Shown: in pieces, positions 35,235 to 49,621 of the stretch
Layout of the letters: the number at the start of each line of letters is the position of its first letter
How positions within the stretch are numbered: the first letter of the stretch is position 1
Assembly: GCF_044704955.1 (NCBI RefSeq)
Contig: NC_091999.1
Location: 11,656,001-11,720,000, forward strand
From: Pristiophorus japonicus
Lineage: Eukaryota
DNA length: 64,000 bases
Direction of reading: 5' to 3'
The notes under the pieces: model-generated
Databases searched by the model: none
Told to the model about the DNA's origin: nothing
The model's input: only the letters and a program-made list of their open reading frames with translations
Program-made: the position numbers and the translations under genes

Positions 35235-35436
35235 TAGGTATTTGCCGTTTTAAATGTTATTCAGATTAAACTCAAGCATCCATCTCTCTGCAGCAGAAGG
35301 CCACAGAGCCGCGAAAAAGTCTCCGTTTGCTAAAAATCTGAAAGAGACAATGTCCTCTTGCTGTATTTATACTCTTCTATGTTGCTCCGGACCTTTTTAA
35401 TATGAATCTATACCAAGAAACAGAAGTAAAATTTTA

Positions 35437-35493
35437 CCATCAGGGAATTGAACCCCGGTCCCCCGCGTGAAAGGCAAGTATACTCACCAAGGA
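35437..35493 (-). pseudogene. tRNA-Asp pseudogene (partial)
   Basis: GGGAATTGAACCCCGGTCCCCCGCGTGA with deletions. Confidence 0.7.
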
Positions 35494-35897
35494 ACAGACG
35501 CTTGCACGTTTTGTCGCAGTGGCAATCGTGCTGTGCACAGAACTGGACAGCATGAGAAAGAGACAGACACATTGAGAGACAAAGCCAATCAGACAAACAG
35601 GGAGAGACAGACAGCGAGATAGAGCCAAAGAGAGAGAGAAAGTGTGAGACTGAGAGGGAGGGTCAGTCTGAGTGAGACAAAGAATCAAACACATACATAT
35701 ACAGAGATATGTGTGTGCTCCATGAAGAGAGAGTCAAAGAGTAATAGAAAGACAGAGATGAAGACAAAGAGAAAGAGAGATACAAAGAGAGAGACAGATA
35801 GCGAGAGAGACAGAGAGATAAAAACAGAAAATGAGGGAAATAGTCATCAGTTTAGAGACAGGGACTAACAGAGACAGGCAAACAGAGACTGAAAGAG

Positions 35898-38800
35898 GCC
35901 GTAATCTCAGGATTGCTACCAGTGCTACGTGTTAGTCGGAGCAGGAATTGCAGGATAGCTCAGATAAATACGTGGCTTGAGGAATGGTGCAAGGGGGAGG
36001 GATTCAAATTCCTGGGACAATGGAACCGGTTCTGCGGGAGGTGGGACCAGTACAAAACGGACGGTCTGCACCTGGGGCAGGAACAGAACCGATGTCCAAG
36101 GCGGAGTGTTTACTAGTGCTGTTGGGGAGTGTTTAAACAAAAAAGGCAGGGGGGTGGGAATCTATGCAGGGAGGCAGAGGGAGGTTAAAAGGGGGCAGGA
36201 GCAAAACATTGGAAGGTAAAAAGCAAGAGTGGAGGTCAGAGAAATCAATGGAAAAAATAAAAAAGGGCTACATTGCAAAAAAAAGCACAAAGAGTGTTTA
36301 ACAAAACAAGCCTGAAGGAGCTGAGTCTCAATGCGAGGAGCATTCGTAATAAGGTGGATGAATTAACTGCATAGATAGCTGTTAACGGATGTGATGTAAT
36401 TGGGATTACGGAGACATGGCTCCAGGTAGACCAAGGCTGGGAACTCAACATCCAGGGGTACTCAATATTCAGGAAGGATAGACAGAAAGGAAAAGGAGGT
36501 GGGGCAACATTACTGATTAAAGAGGAGATTAACGCAATAGTAAGGAATGATATTAGCTTGGACGATGTGGAATCTACATGGGTACATCTGCGAAACACCA
36601 AAGGCAGTAAACGTTAGTGGGAGTTGTGTACAGACCACCAATGGGGATGACATCAAACAGGAAATTTGGGATGCGTGCAATAAGGGTACAGAATTTATCA
36701 TGGGTGACTTCAATCTGCATATTGATTGGGCTAACCAAACTGGTAACAATACTGTGGTGGAGGATTTCCTGGAGTGTATAAGGGATGGATTTCTTGACAA
36801 ATATCTCGAGGAACCAATTAGAGAGCAGGACATCCTAGACTGGGTGTTGTATAATGAGAACGGACTAATTAGCAATCTGGACGTTTGGTGCCCCTTGGGG
36901 AAGAGTGACCATAATATGGCAGAATTATTCATTAAGATGGAGAGTGACACAGTTAATTCAGAGACTAGGTTTCTGAAGTTAAAGAAAGGTACCTTCGATG
37001 TATGAGATGTGAATCGGCTAGGATAGACTGGCGAATGATACTTAAAGGGTTGACGGGGGATAGGCAATGGCAGACAGGTGAATATCACATGGATGAACTA
37101 CAACAATTGTTCATCCCTGTGTGGCATAAGAATAAAAAAGGGAAGGTGGATCAACCGTGGCTAGCAAGTGAAATTAGTCAAAGATTTAAATCCAAGGAAG
37201 AGGCATATGAATTGGCCAGAAAAAGCAGCAAACCTGAGGACTGGGCGAAATTTAGAATTCAGCAGAGGAGGACAAAGGGTTTAATAAGAACGGGGAAAAT
37301 AGAGTATTAGAGTAAGCTTGCAGGCAACATAAAAACTGACAGCAAAACCTTCTACAGATATGTGAAGAGAAAAAGATTAGTGAAGACTAATGTAGGTCCC
37401 TTTCAGTCAGAATCAGGGGAATTCATAATGGGGAACAAGGAAATGGCAGACCAATTGAACAAATACTTTGGTTCTGCCTTCACGAAGGAAGACACGAATA
37501 ACCTCCCGAAAATACTAGAGGACCGAGATTCTAGCGAGAAGGGGGAACTGAGGGAAATCCTTAGTAGTCAGGAAATGGTGTTCGAAAAATTGAAGGGACT
37601 GAAGGCCGATAAATCCCCAGGGCCTGAAAGTCTGCATTTCAGAGTATTAAGGAAGTGACCCTAGAAATAGTAAATGCATTACTGGTCATTTTCCAACATT
37701 CCATGGACTCTGGTTCAGTTCCTACGGATTGGAGGGTAGTTAATGTAACCCCATTGTTTAAAAAAGGAGGGAGAGAGAAATCTGGGAATTATAGACCGGT
37801 TAGCGTGACATCAGTAGTGGGGAAAATGCTGGAATCAATTATTAATGACTGAATAGCAGCGCATTTGGAAAGCAGTGATATGATCAGTCCAATTCAGCAC
37901 GGATTTATGAAAGGGAAATCATGCTCGATAAATCTTCTAGAGTTTTTTGAGGATGTAACTAGTAGATTGGATAAGGCAGAATCAGTGGATGTGGTGTATT
38001 TGGACTTTCAAAAGGCTTTTGAAAAGGTCCCACACAAGAGATTGGTGTGCAGAATTAAGGCATATGGTATTGACGGTGATGTATTCACGTGGATAGAGAA
38101 ACATAGAAACATAGAAACATTGAAAATAGATGCAGGATTTGGCCATTCGGCCCTTCGAGCGTCCACCATCATTCAATATGATTATGGTTGGTCAAGCATT
38201 TCAGTACCCCATTTCAGCTTTCTCTCCATGCCCCTTGATCCTTTTAGCCTTGAGGGCCATCACAGGCAGTGCCTCGGAATCGAGGAAGACTTGCTTCCAC
38301 TCCCAAAGTAAGTTCTCTGATGGCTGAACAGTCCACTACGATAGCCACAGACCCTGTTACAGGTGGGACAGACATTCATCGAAGGAAGGGGTCGGTGCAG
38401 CTGGTTTGCCGCACGCTCATTCCGCTGCCTGCGCTTTACTTCTTCACGCTCTTTGCATTGAGACTCGAAGAGCTCAGCGCCCTCCCGGATGCACTTCCTC
38501 CACTTAGGGCGGTCTTTGTCCAGGGAGTCCCAGGTGTCGGTGGGGAAGTTGCACTTTATCAGGGAAGCTTTGAGGGTGGCCTTGTAACGTTTCCGCTGCC
38601 CACCTTTGGCTCGTTTACCATGAAGGAGCTCCGCATAAAGCATTTGCTTAGGGAGTGTCGCATCTGGCATGCCAACTATGTGGTCTGCCCAGCGAAGCTG
38701 ATCTAGTGTGGTCAGTGCTTCAATACTGGGGATGTTAGCTTGGTCGAGGACACTAATGTTGGTGCGTCTGTCCTCCCAGGGGATTTGCAGGATCTTGCGG

Positions 38801-41800
38801 AGATATCGTTGGTGATATATCTCCAGCGACTTAAGGTGACCTCTATACATCGTCCATGCCTCAGAGCCATACAGGAGGGCGCGAATTACTACAGCCCTGT
38901 AGACCATGAGCTTGGTGGGAGATTTGAGGGACAGGTCTTCGAATACTCTCTTCCTCAGACGTCCAAAGGCTGCACTGGTGCACTGGAGGCGATGTTGAAT
39001 CTCTGCATCAATGCCTGCCTTTGTTGATAAGAGGTGCCCGATATATGGGAATTGGTCCACCTTATCCAGGGCTGCGCCATGGATCTTGATGATTGGACGG
39101 CAGTGCTGTGCTTCGGGGACAGGCTGGTGGAGGACCTTTGTCTTACGGATGGTAAGCATAAGGACCATGCTTTGATAAGCCTCAGCGAATGCATTGACGA
39201 AATCCTGGAGTTCAGCCTCTGAATCAACACAGATGCAGGCATCGTCCGTGTACTGCAGCTCAATGACAGAGGTTGGGGTGATCTTGGAACTGGCCTGGAG
39301 ACAGCGAAGGTTAAACAGCTTTCCACTGGTTCTGTAGTGGGGAGCTTGTTGATTGTGAGGTGGAGCATGGCGGCGAGGAAGATTGAGGAGAGGGTTGGAG
39401 CGATGGCGCAGCCCTGTTTGACCCAAGTCTGGACGTGCATTGCGTCTGTAATGGATCCGTTGGTAAGGATCACGGCCTGCATGTCATCGTGAAGCAGGCG
39501 AAGGATGTTGACAAACTTTCGGGACGTCCGAAATTGAGGAGGACGCTCCATAGACCTTCACGGTTGACAGTGTCGAAGGCCATTGTAAGATCGAAAAAGG
39601 CCATGTATAAGGGCTGGCGCTGCTCCCTGCATTTTTCCTGCAGCTGTCGCGCTGCAAAGATCATGTCCGTTGTGCCCCGTAGGGGACGAAATCCGCATTA
39701 TGACTCCGGGAGGAGCTCCTCGGCTACAGGGATAAGACGATTGAGGAGAACTCGAGCGACAACTTTCCCAGTGGCTGATAGCAGGGACATTCCCCTGTAG
39801 TTGTCGCAGGGGAATATCCCCTTTTTAAAAAATGGACACAATCACTTCATCTCTGAGATCTCCCGGCATGCTCTCCTCCCTCCAGATGAGAGAGATGAGG
39901 TCATGTATCTGTGCCAACAGTGCCTCTCCGCCATAGTTTAGCTCCTCAGTCGGGATTCCATATGCACCCGTAGCCTTGTTATTCTTTAGCTGTTTTATGG
40001 CTTTGCCTAACTCGTGCAAATTTGGAGTTTCATTGAGTTGTTGGCTGGTCACATGCTGCGGGATGGATTGCGAACATTCGAGTCAAAGGTAGATCTTTAA
40101 AGTTCTCCTTCCAATAATCCCTGACAGCCTCGGTGTCCTTGATGAATGTTTCCCCTTTCTTGGCCAGGTGTGGTGTGGGGCCTTGGGAGTTTGGACTGTC
40201 GGTGGCCTTAACTGCATTGAAGAATCCTCGCATATCATGGCTGTCAGCCAGTTGTTGTATTTCCTGTGCTTCCTCCATCCACCACCTGTTCTTTAGGTCC
40301 CGGATTTTTTGTTGGACCTGAGCCTTGAGCCATGTGTGATGTTGTTTTGCATCTCTCGAGTTGGGTTGTTGCTTGAGTCTCAGAAATGCTTTGCACTTGC
40401 GAACTATTAGTTCATCGATCTCCTGATCATTTTCATCAAACCAGTCCTGATGTTTGCTGGTTGAGTGACCAAGTGTCTCTTCACAGGCACTAGTTATAGA
40501 GGCCTGGAGGGCAGACCAAGCATTGTGGCCATTCAGCATCTCAGGATCATCAAGGCACGCCAGATTGGCTGTGAGGCGCTGGCTGTATAGGGCTCTCTTA
40601 GCTGAGTCTCGAAGTGGCCCCACATTAACTTTTTTGCGGAACTGCTTCTGCTGTTCCCTCTGCATTGGGCCTAAGTTAATGTTGAAGATGGATCGGATTA
40701 GGCAATGGTCCATCCAGTAGTCGTCAACTCCTCTCATAGTGCGGGTGATTCGATCATTCTTGCGATCCCTCGCTCAGACGATGACATAGTGAAGCAGGTG
40801 CCCGTGATTGGAGCGGGGGTGTTGCCACGATGCTTTTTGTTTGTCCCTCTGGTGGAACAGGGTGTTGGTGATGACATGTTCATGTTCTAGACATTTTGTC
40901 AGGAGCAGGGTATCACTGGAGTTGGCTTTCCCTACCACCTGTCTGCCAATCACGCCTCCCCAGAGGGCAGCTTCTTTAGCGACCTTGGCGTTAAATCGCT
41001 CAGGAGGAACAATTTGTCACCCCTGGGGATGCGGGACAAGGACGTCTCGAGGTTGGAATAAAAACACTCCTTATCCTCATCCGTTGTATCGCGTGTGGGG
41101 CGTAAGCACTGATGACTGTTGCGCATTGCTTCCGGGACAGGGTAAGACGAAGATTGGTGAGGCATTCGTTAACCCCACGGGGGGGGGGGGGTGGGGGGGA
41201 GTCTTGAGGCGGTCGACCAGGTCATTCTTGACCGCAAAAGTGACTCCATGAATGTCGTGCTCTGCCTCTGGTTTCCCTTTCCAGGAAAAGGTGTAAACTG
41301 CACGATGTTCCTTCAACTGGCCTTCCCCTGCCCGCTGCATCCCGCTTAGGGCGGTGAAGTCAATGTCAAAACCTCTGAGTTCCCGGGCAACTATGGCGGT
41401 GAGGCGTTCCGGTCTGTTGCTGTTGGGGTTGTCCATGAGGGTCCTGATGTTCCAGGTCCCGAACTTCATACTGACGAAGTGGAAGATGCTGGTGTGTGAT
41501 TTTGTTAAATGTGGGGTGGCCGCTGCACACCGGCAACCACACGGGCTTAGCCGAGCAAAGTCTTGGTCCAGTGGCAAGGGAGCCCAAGACAACTGGAGAC
41601 CAGGCACAGATCTATAAGCCTACTTGCCTACGGCGAAGTATTGGTCGCAAGCTCAACGCCGAATAGTGCCATTGATGAGGGCCACATCTAACTCCCTTTT
41701 GAATATATCTAACGAACTGTCCCGAACAACATTCTGTGGTAGAGAATTCCACATGCCCACAACTCTCTGGCAGAACTGGTCGGCAGACAGGAAGCAAAGA

Positions 41801-42870
41801 GTGGGAATAAACGGGTCATTTTCAGAAAGGCAGGCAGTGACTAGTGAAGTGCTGCAGGGCTTCGTGCTGGGACCCCAGCAATTTACAACATAAATTAATG
41901 ATTTAGACGAAGGAATTGAATGTAATATCTCCAAGTTTGCAGATTACACTACGCTGCGTGGCAGTGTGAGCTGTTCGGAGGATGTTAAGAGGCTGCAGGG
42001 GGAATTGAACAGGTTAGGTGAACACGTAAAAGCATGGCAGATGCAGTATACTGTAGATAAATGTGAGGTCATCAACTTTGGTGGCAAAAACAAGAAGGCA
42101 GATTTTATCTGAATGGTGACAGATTAGTAAAAGGGGAGGTGCAACGAGACCTGGGTGTCATGGTACATCAGTCATTGAAGGTAGGCATGCAGGTACAGCA
42201 CGCAGTAAAGAAAGCAAATGGCATGCTGGCCTTCATAGCGAGGTGATTTGAGTATAGGAGCAGGGAGGTCTTACTGCTATTGTACAGGGCCTTGGTGATA
42301 CCACACCTTGAGTATTCTGTTCAGTTTTGGTCTCGTACCCTGTGGAAAGACGTGCTTGTTATTGAGGGAGTGCAGCGAAGGTTCATCAGACTGATTCCAG
42401 GGATTCCAGGACCGATATATGAGGAAAGACTGGATCGACTAGGCTATACACACTGGAATTTAGAAGAATGAGAGGCGATCTCATAGGAACGTATAAAATT
42501 CTGAAGGAACTGGACAGGTTAGATGCAGGAGGAATGTTGCCAATCTTAGGGAATTCCAGAACCAGGGACACAGTCTAAGGATAAGGGGTAAGCCATATAG
42601 GGCCGAGATGAGGAGAAACTTTTTCACCCAGAGAGTTGTGAACCTATGGAATTCTCTGCCATAGAAAGTTGTTGAGTCCAGTTCGTTTGATATATTCAAA
42701 AGGGACTTAAATATGGCCCTTACGGCTAAATGGATTAGGGTGTGTGGAGAGAAGGCTGGGGTGGGGTACTCAGGTTGAATGCTCAGCCATGATCATATTG
42801 AATGGCGGTGTAGGCTCGAAGGGCCGTATGGCCTGCTGCTGCACCTATTTCCTATGTTTCTGTATTTCTA
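35898..42870 (+). mobile_element. CR1 LINE (35898-38100 + 41771-42870), split by nested insertions
   Basis: ORF1 end, APE (MGDFN, SDHN) and RT; sequence TGGATAGAGAA resumes as CAGAACTGGTCGGCAGACAGG at 41771. Confidence 0.9.
38260..41675 (-). mobile_element. RTE-clade LINE, near full length, frameshifted
   Basis: APE start MKFGTWNIRTL; RT VKQGC and LQYTDD; C-terminal CPTC..H motif; flanked by direct repeat TGAGGGCCA (38251-38259, 41676-41684). Confidence 0.92.
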
Positions 42871-42874
42871 TATC

Positions 42875-43440
42875 CTTCCTTACTATTGCGTTAATCTCCT
42901 ATTTAACCAGTAACGCTACCCCACCTCTTTTTCCATTCCTGTCTGTCCTTTCCTGAATATTGAATACCCCTGGATGTTGAGTTCCCAGCCTTGGTTACCC
43001 TGGAACCATGTCTCCCTAATCCCAATTACATCACAGCCGTTAACAGCTATCTGCGCAGTTTATTCATCCACATTATTATAAATGCTCCTCGCATTGAGAC
43101 TCAGAACCTTCAGGCTTGTTTTTTTTTAAACTCGGTCCTTTTGAATTGTGTTATAATCCGGCCGTTTTTGATTTTTGCACTTGATCTCTCTGCCCTACAC
43201 TCTTGTTTTTCTCTTTCCTACCTTTTGCTTCAGCGCCCATTTTATTTCCCTCTGCCTTGCTGTATAGATTGCCACCCCCTGCGTTTTTTGTTTAACCCCT
43301 CCCAAACGCACTAGCAAACACTTCGCCGAGGACATCGGTTCCGATCCTGCTCAGGGGCAGACCGTCCGGTTTGTATTAATTCCACCTCCCCCAGAACCGG
43401 TTCCAATGTCCTAGGAATTTGAATCCCTCCCCATTGCACC
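42875..43440 (-). mobile_element. CR1 internal fragment (ORF1/ORF2 junction)
   Basis: Inverted homologue of ~35990-36550. Confidence 0.8.
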
Positions 43441-43479
43441 AAATCCCAAATTCATGGTGATGATAAAGACAGATAGATA

Positions 43480-46400
43480 GAAACATAGAAACATAGAAAA
43501 TAGGTGCAGGAGTAGGCCATTCGGCCCTTCGAGGCTGCACCACCATTCAATAAGATCATGGCTGATCATTCACCTCAGTACCCCTTTCCTGCTTTCTCTC
43601 CGTACCCCTTGATCCCTAAAGCTGTAAGGGCCATATCTAACTCCCTCTTGAATATATCCAACGAACTGGCCTCAACAACTCTCTGCAGTAGAGAATTCCA
43701 TTGGTTCACAATTCTCTGAGTGAAGAAGTTTCTCCTCTTCTCAGTCCTAAAAGGCTTACCCCTTATCCTTAGACGATGTCCCCTGGTTCTTGACTTCACC
43801 AACATCGGGAACATTCTTCCTGCATCTAACTTGTCCAGTTCCATCAGAATTTTTTATGTTTCTACGAGATCCCCTCTCATCCTTCTAAACTCCAGTGAAT
43901 AAAGGGCCAGTCGATCCAGTCTCTCCTCATATGTCAGTCCTGCCATCCCGGGAATCATTCTGGTGAACCTTCGCTGCACTCCCTCAATAGCCAGGACGTC
44001 CTTCCTCAGATTAGGAGACCAAAATTAAACACAATATTCCCGGTGAGGTCTCACCAACTGCAGTAAGATCTGATTGCTCCTATACTCAAAACCCCTAGCT
44101 ATGAACGCGAACACACCATTTGCATTCTTCACCGCCTGCTGCACCTGTTTGCCAATCTTCAATGACTGATGCACCTTGACGCCCAGGTCTCGTTGCAGCT
44201 CCCATTTTCATAATCTGCCGTCATTCAGGTAATATTCTGTCTTAGTGTTTTTGCCCCCAAAGTGGATAACCTCACATTTATCCACATTATACTACATCTG
44301 CCATGCATTTGCCCACTCACCTATCCTGTCCAAGTCAACCTTCAGCCTGTTAGCGTCCTCCTCACAGCTCACTCCGCCACCCAGTTTCGTGTCATCTGCA
44401 AACTTGCAGATATTACACTTAATTCCTTCATCCAAATCATTAATGTATATTGTAAATAGCTGTTGTCCCAGCACTGAGCCCTGCGGCACCTCACTAGTCA
44501 CAGCCTGCCATCCTGGAAAGGACACGTTTATCCCGACACTCTACTTCCTGTCTGCCAACCAGTTCTCTATCCACGTCAGTGCATTACTCCCAATACCATG
44601 TGCTTTAACTTTGCATACCACTCGCTTGTGCCGAACTTGTCAAAAGCCTTTTGAAAGTCCAAATACACCACATCCACAGGTTCTCCCTTGTCCACCTACT
44701 CGTTCATTCCAGAAGATTTGTCAGCATATTTTCCCTTTCATAAATCCATGTTGGCTTGGACTGATCATGTCACTCCCTTCGAAATGCAGTTATTTCATCT
44801 TTAAAAATTGATTCCAAGATTGTCCCCACTACTGATGTCACGCTAACTGGTTTATAATTACCCGTTTGCTCTCCCCCCTACCCTGCTTTTTTTTAAAGTG
44901 GTGTTATATTAGCAACCCTCCAGTCCATAGGAACTGATCCAGAGTCGATAGACTGTTGGAAAATGATCACTAATGCATCCACTATTTCTGTGGCCACTTC
45001 CTTAAATACTCTGGGATGCAGACTATCAGGCCCTGGGGAATCATCGGCCTTCAATCCCATCAATTTCCCGAGCATAATTTCCCACCTAATAAGGATATCC
45101 TTCAGATCCTCCTTCTCACAAGACCTTTGGTCCCCTAGTATTTCCAGAAGGTTATTTATGTCATCCTTCCTGAAAACAGAACAAAATATTTGTTCAACTT
45201 GTCTGCCATTACTTTGTTCCCCATTATAAATTCACCTGAATCTGATTGCAAGGGACGTACGCTTGTCTTTACTAATCTTTTTCTCTTTACATACCTATAG
45301 AAGCTTTTTCAGTAAGTTTTTATGTTCCCGGCAAGTTTCCTCTCATACTCTGTGTGCCCCCTCCTAATTACACCCTTTGTCCTGCTCTGCTGAATTCTAA
45401 ATGTCTCCCAGTCCTCAGGTTTGCTGCTTTATCTGGCCAATTTATATGCCTCTTCCTTGGATTTAACACTATCCTTAATTTCCCTTGTTAGCCACGGTTG
45501 AGTCATCTTCCCCGTTTATTTTTACTCCAGACAGGGATGTACAATTGTTGAAGTTCATCCATGTGATCTTTAAATGTTTGCCTTTGCCTATCCACTGTCA
45601 AACCTTTAAATATCATTCGCCAGTCTATTCTAGCCAATTCACATCTCATACCATCGAAGTCACCATTCCTTACGTTCAGGGCCCTAGTCTCTGAATGAAT
45701 TGTATCACTCTCCATCTTAATAAAGAAATCTACCATATTATGATCATTCTTCCCCAAGGGGCCTCGCACAACAAGATTGCGAATTAGTCCTTTCTCATTA
45801 CACATCACCCAGTCTAGGATGACCAGCCCTCTCGTTGGTTCCCCGAAATATTGGTCCAGAAAACCATCCCTAATACACTTCAGGAAATCCTCGTCCATCG
45901 TATTGCTACCAGCTTGGTTTGCGCAATCTATAAGTAGATTAAAGTCGCCCATGATAACTGTTGTACCTTTATTGCATGCATCCCTATTTCTTGCTTGATG
46001 CTGTCCCCAACCTCACTACCACGTTTGGTGGTCTGTACACAACTCCCACTAGCGTTTTCTGCGCTTTGCTATTCCGCAGCTCCACCCAAACAGATTCTAC
46101 ATCATCTAAGCTAATGTCATTCCTTACTATTGCGTTAATTACCTCTTTAACCAGCAACGCTACCCCACCTCCTTTTCATTTCTGTCTATCGTTCCTGAAT
46201 GTTGAATACCCCTCGATGTTGAGTTCCCAGCCTTGGTCACCCTGGAGCCATGTCTCCGTGATGCCAATGATACCATATTCATTATTTGCTGCCTGTGCAG
46301 TTAATTCGTCCACCTTATTCCGGATAATCCTCGCATTGAGGCACAGAGGCTTCAGGCTTGTCTTTTTAACACACTTTGCCCTTTTAGAATTTTGCTGCAA

Positions 46401-47530
46401 TGTGGCTCTTTTTGATATTTACCTAGGCTCTCTCTGCCCTCCACTTTTACTTTTCTTCTTTCTATCTTTTGCTTCTGCCCCTATTAAACTTCCCTCCGTC
46501 TCACTGCATAGGTTCCCATACCCCTACCATATTAGTATAACTCCTCCCCAACAGCACTGGCAAATACTTCCCCTCGGACATTGGTTCCCGTCCTGCCCAG
46601 ATGCAGACCATCCGGTTTGAAATGGTCCCAGCTTCCCTAGAACTGGTTCCAATGTCCCAGGAATTTGAATCCCTTGCTTCTGCACCACTCCTCAAGCCAC
46701 GTATTAATCTGAGCTATACTTAGATCCCTACGCCCATGAGCACGTGGCACTGGTAGCAATCCTGAGATTACTACCTTTCAGGTACTACTTTTTAATTTAA
46801 CTCCTAGCCCCCTAAATTCAGATTGTAAGACCTCATCCCGTTTTATACCTATATCGTTGGTATCTATATGCACCACGACAACTGGCCGTTCACCCTCCCC
46901 CTTCAATATGTCCTGCACCTGCTCCGAGACATCCTTGACTCTTGCAGGTAACATACCATCCTGGAGTCTCAATTGCGGCCGCAGAAACGTCTATCTATTC
47001 CCCTTACAATAGAATCCCCTATCACTACAGCTCTCCCAAACTTTTTCCTGTCCTCCTCTGCAGCAGAGCCACCCACGGTGCTATGAACTTAGCTGCTGCT
47101 GCTCTCCCCTGATGGGTCATCCCGCTCAACAGTACCCAAAGTGGTGTATCTGTTTTGCAGGGGGCGCTGACCGAAGGGGACCCCTGCACTACCTTCCTTC
47201 CACTGCTCTTCCTGTTGGTCACCCAACCCCTATCTGGCTGTGTACCCTTTACCTCCCGTTTGGCCAATTGACTGAACGTGTAATTCACGACATCCTCAGC
47301 ATCACGGATGCTCCAGAGTAAATCCAGCCGCAGATCCAGTGCCACTATGCGGTCTGTCAGGTGCTGCAGCCGGATACACTTCCCACACGTGTAGTCGTCA
47401 AGAACAGTGGAAGAGTCCCTCACTTCCCACATAGTACAAGAAGGGCATAACATGTGTCCGAGCTCTCCTGCCATGACTTAACCCTTAGATTAACTTAATG
47501 TGGCAACAACAATGATAAAGGTTACCTATT
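43480..47530 (-). mobile_element. Near full-length CR1 LINE
   Basis: ORF1 MAGELGHMLCPSC..CGKC; ORF2 APE (GITETW, MGDFN) and RT (KFADDTK); octamer tail. Confidence 0.94.
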
Positions 47531-47692
47531 ACTAAAGGAAAGAGGCAGAGGCAGAGGCTGAGAGGTACAGATACATTTCACAATTCCATTTCTTGATCAT
47601 TTGAGAGTGTCACAAAGAAAAATGTAGATTCGACAGTCCACAATCGGGTATCACTGAGCTGGATAGGAGAAATCTGTGTTAAATTAAAGAGT

Positions 47693-47775
47693 TACCAAGA
47701 ATGGGGTTCAAACCCACATGGGTATACAATCATTAGATTTTAAGTCAAACGCCTTAAACACTCGGCCATCCTGGA
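47693..47775 (-). pseudogene. tRNA-Leu(TAA) pseudogene
   Basis: Homology with the other Leu copies. Confidence 0.8.
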
Positions 47776-48294
47776 TCGAGCAGCGTTTGGATTCTGTCTC
47801 TGTGAGAATCTGGGCTTCAACTCCATGCCCACAGATATGAAAACAGGCTTTCAGTGAGCATTTTCGAAACTTTATAGCAATATTGACATGGGCGCAACTC
47901 CGCTATTCTTTTTCGAGTAATGCTGTGGGAACTTTCACATCCACCCAAGAGTGCAGACGGAGCTTCAATTTTACATTTCATTCGAAAGTCAACAGCTTCA
48001 ACAATGCAAAATTCCCCAAGTACTGCACCTGAGTGTCAGCCAAGATTATATACTCAAGTCTCAGGAGCGGGACATGAACACACAAACTCCTGATTCAGTC
48101 GAGAATGGAGCCACTGAACCAAAGCCGATACCAAAGATCACAACTGTATTATTTTCCCCAAGTTTTTTTAAAAGTTCCAGGACATATCAAATTCATGGTG
48201 ATGATTTCCACATACATATGCACATACACAGAGACAGACGTACAGAGAGATAGCACAAACACACATGCACATAACCAAAAATATACACCCACCA

Positions 48295-49020
48295 ACATAG
48301 AAACATAGAAACATAGAAAATAGGTGCAGGAGTCGGCCATTCGGCCCTTCGAGCCTGCATCACCATTCAATAAGATCATAGCTGATTATTCCCTCAGTAC
48401 ACATTTTCCTGCATTCTCTCGAAACCCCTTGATCCATTTCACCATAAGGGCCATATCTAACTCCCTTTTGAATATATCTAACGAACTGGCCTCAACAACT
48501 TTCTGCAGTAGAGCATTCCACAGGTTGAGCACTCTCTGAGTGAAGAAGTTTCTCCTCATCTCGGTCCTAAATGGCTTACACCTTATTCTTAGACAGTAAC
48601 CCCCTGGTTCTGGAACTCGCCAGCAACGGGAACATTCTTCCTGCATCTAATCTGTTCAATCTCTTCATAATTGTACATGTTTATATGAGATCCCCTCTCA
48701 TTCTTCTAAAATCCAATGGATACCAGTCCAGTTGATCCAGTCTCTCCTCATATGTCAATGCTGCCATCCCGGGATTCAATCTGGTGAACCTTCACTGTAT
48801 TCCCTCAATAACAAGGGCCTCCTTCCTCAGATTAGGAGACCAAAACTGAACACAATATTCCAGGTGTGGCCTCACCAAGGCCATGTACAACTGCAGTAAG
48901 ACCTCCCTGCTCCTGTACACAAATCCTCTAGCTATGAAGGTGAACATGCCATTTGCCTTCTTCACCATCTGCTGTACCTGCATTCCAAATTTCAATGACT
49001 GATGTACCATGACACCCAGA
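48295..49020 (-). mobile_element. CR1 3' fragment
   Basis: LVRPHLEYCVQFWSP; octamer tail. Confidence 0.92.
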
Positions 49021-49246
49021 TCAAGATATCCACAGAGTGCCTTAGACATATAGAGGGATGGACAGGCAGAATCACTGTTGCTACTTTGGCTGATTTTTGC
49101 GTTTTTCTCTCCGTATGTATCTTGAATATTGCAGATTAATGAAAGTAAGTAAACAGTGTCAGCGTTAAAAGTTATTCTACTTTCCTCAGGATCAGTTTTG
49201 CAGGGACCTGGTTATATTGTGAAATGGAATGAAAAATGCTGAGAAA

Positions 49247-49328
49247 CGTAGTCGACAGCATTCGAACCTGCGTGGGAATACCGCAATGGGTTTCTATTCT
49301 ATCACCTTATGCACTCGGCCACGACTAC
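49247..49328 (-). pseudogene. tRNA-Ser(AGA) pseudogene
   Basis: Reverse complement GTAGTCGTGGCCGAGTG..CAGGTTCGAAT..CGACTACG. Confidence 0.82.
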
Positions 49329-49549
49329 TAAGTCTCTGGCTGATTAAATCTTACTCAGATAAAACTCAATCATTCATCTCTGTGCAGCAGAAGGGCCACA
49401 AAGTCCTGAAAAAGTTTCCGTTTGTTAAAAATCAGGAAGAGGCAATCTCCTCTTGTTGAATTTTTACTGTTCTCTGTTGCTCTGGAACTTTTCAACATGA
49501 ATCTGTACAAAGAAACAGAAGTAAAAGTCTACATATTGCAAAATGCTTC

Positions 49550-49621
49550 CTTTGTATCGGGAAATTGAACCCCGCCCTCTTTCGTGACAAGCGAGGATAC
49601 TCACCACTATACTAACGAGTG
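49550..49621 (-). pseudogene. tRNA-Asp(GTC) pseudogene
   Basis: Reverse complement ..CTCGTTAGTATAGTGGTGAGTATCC..TGTCACG. Confidence 0.8.

Noticed and set aside
38269-39222. Plus-strand ORFs overlapping LINEs
   Set aside because: Antisense shadows of RTE/CR1 coding sequence
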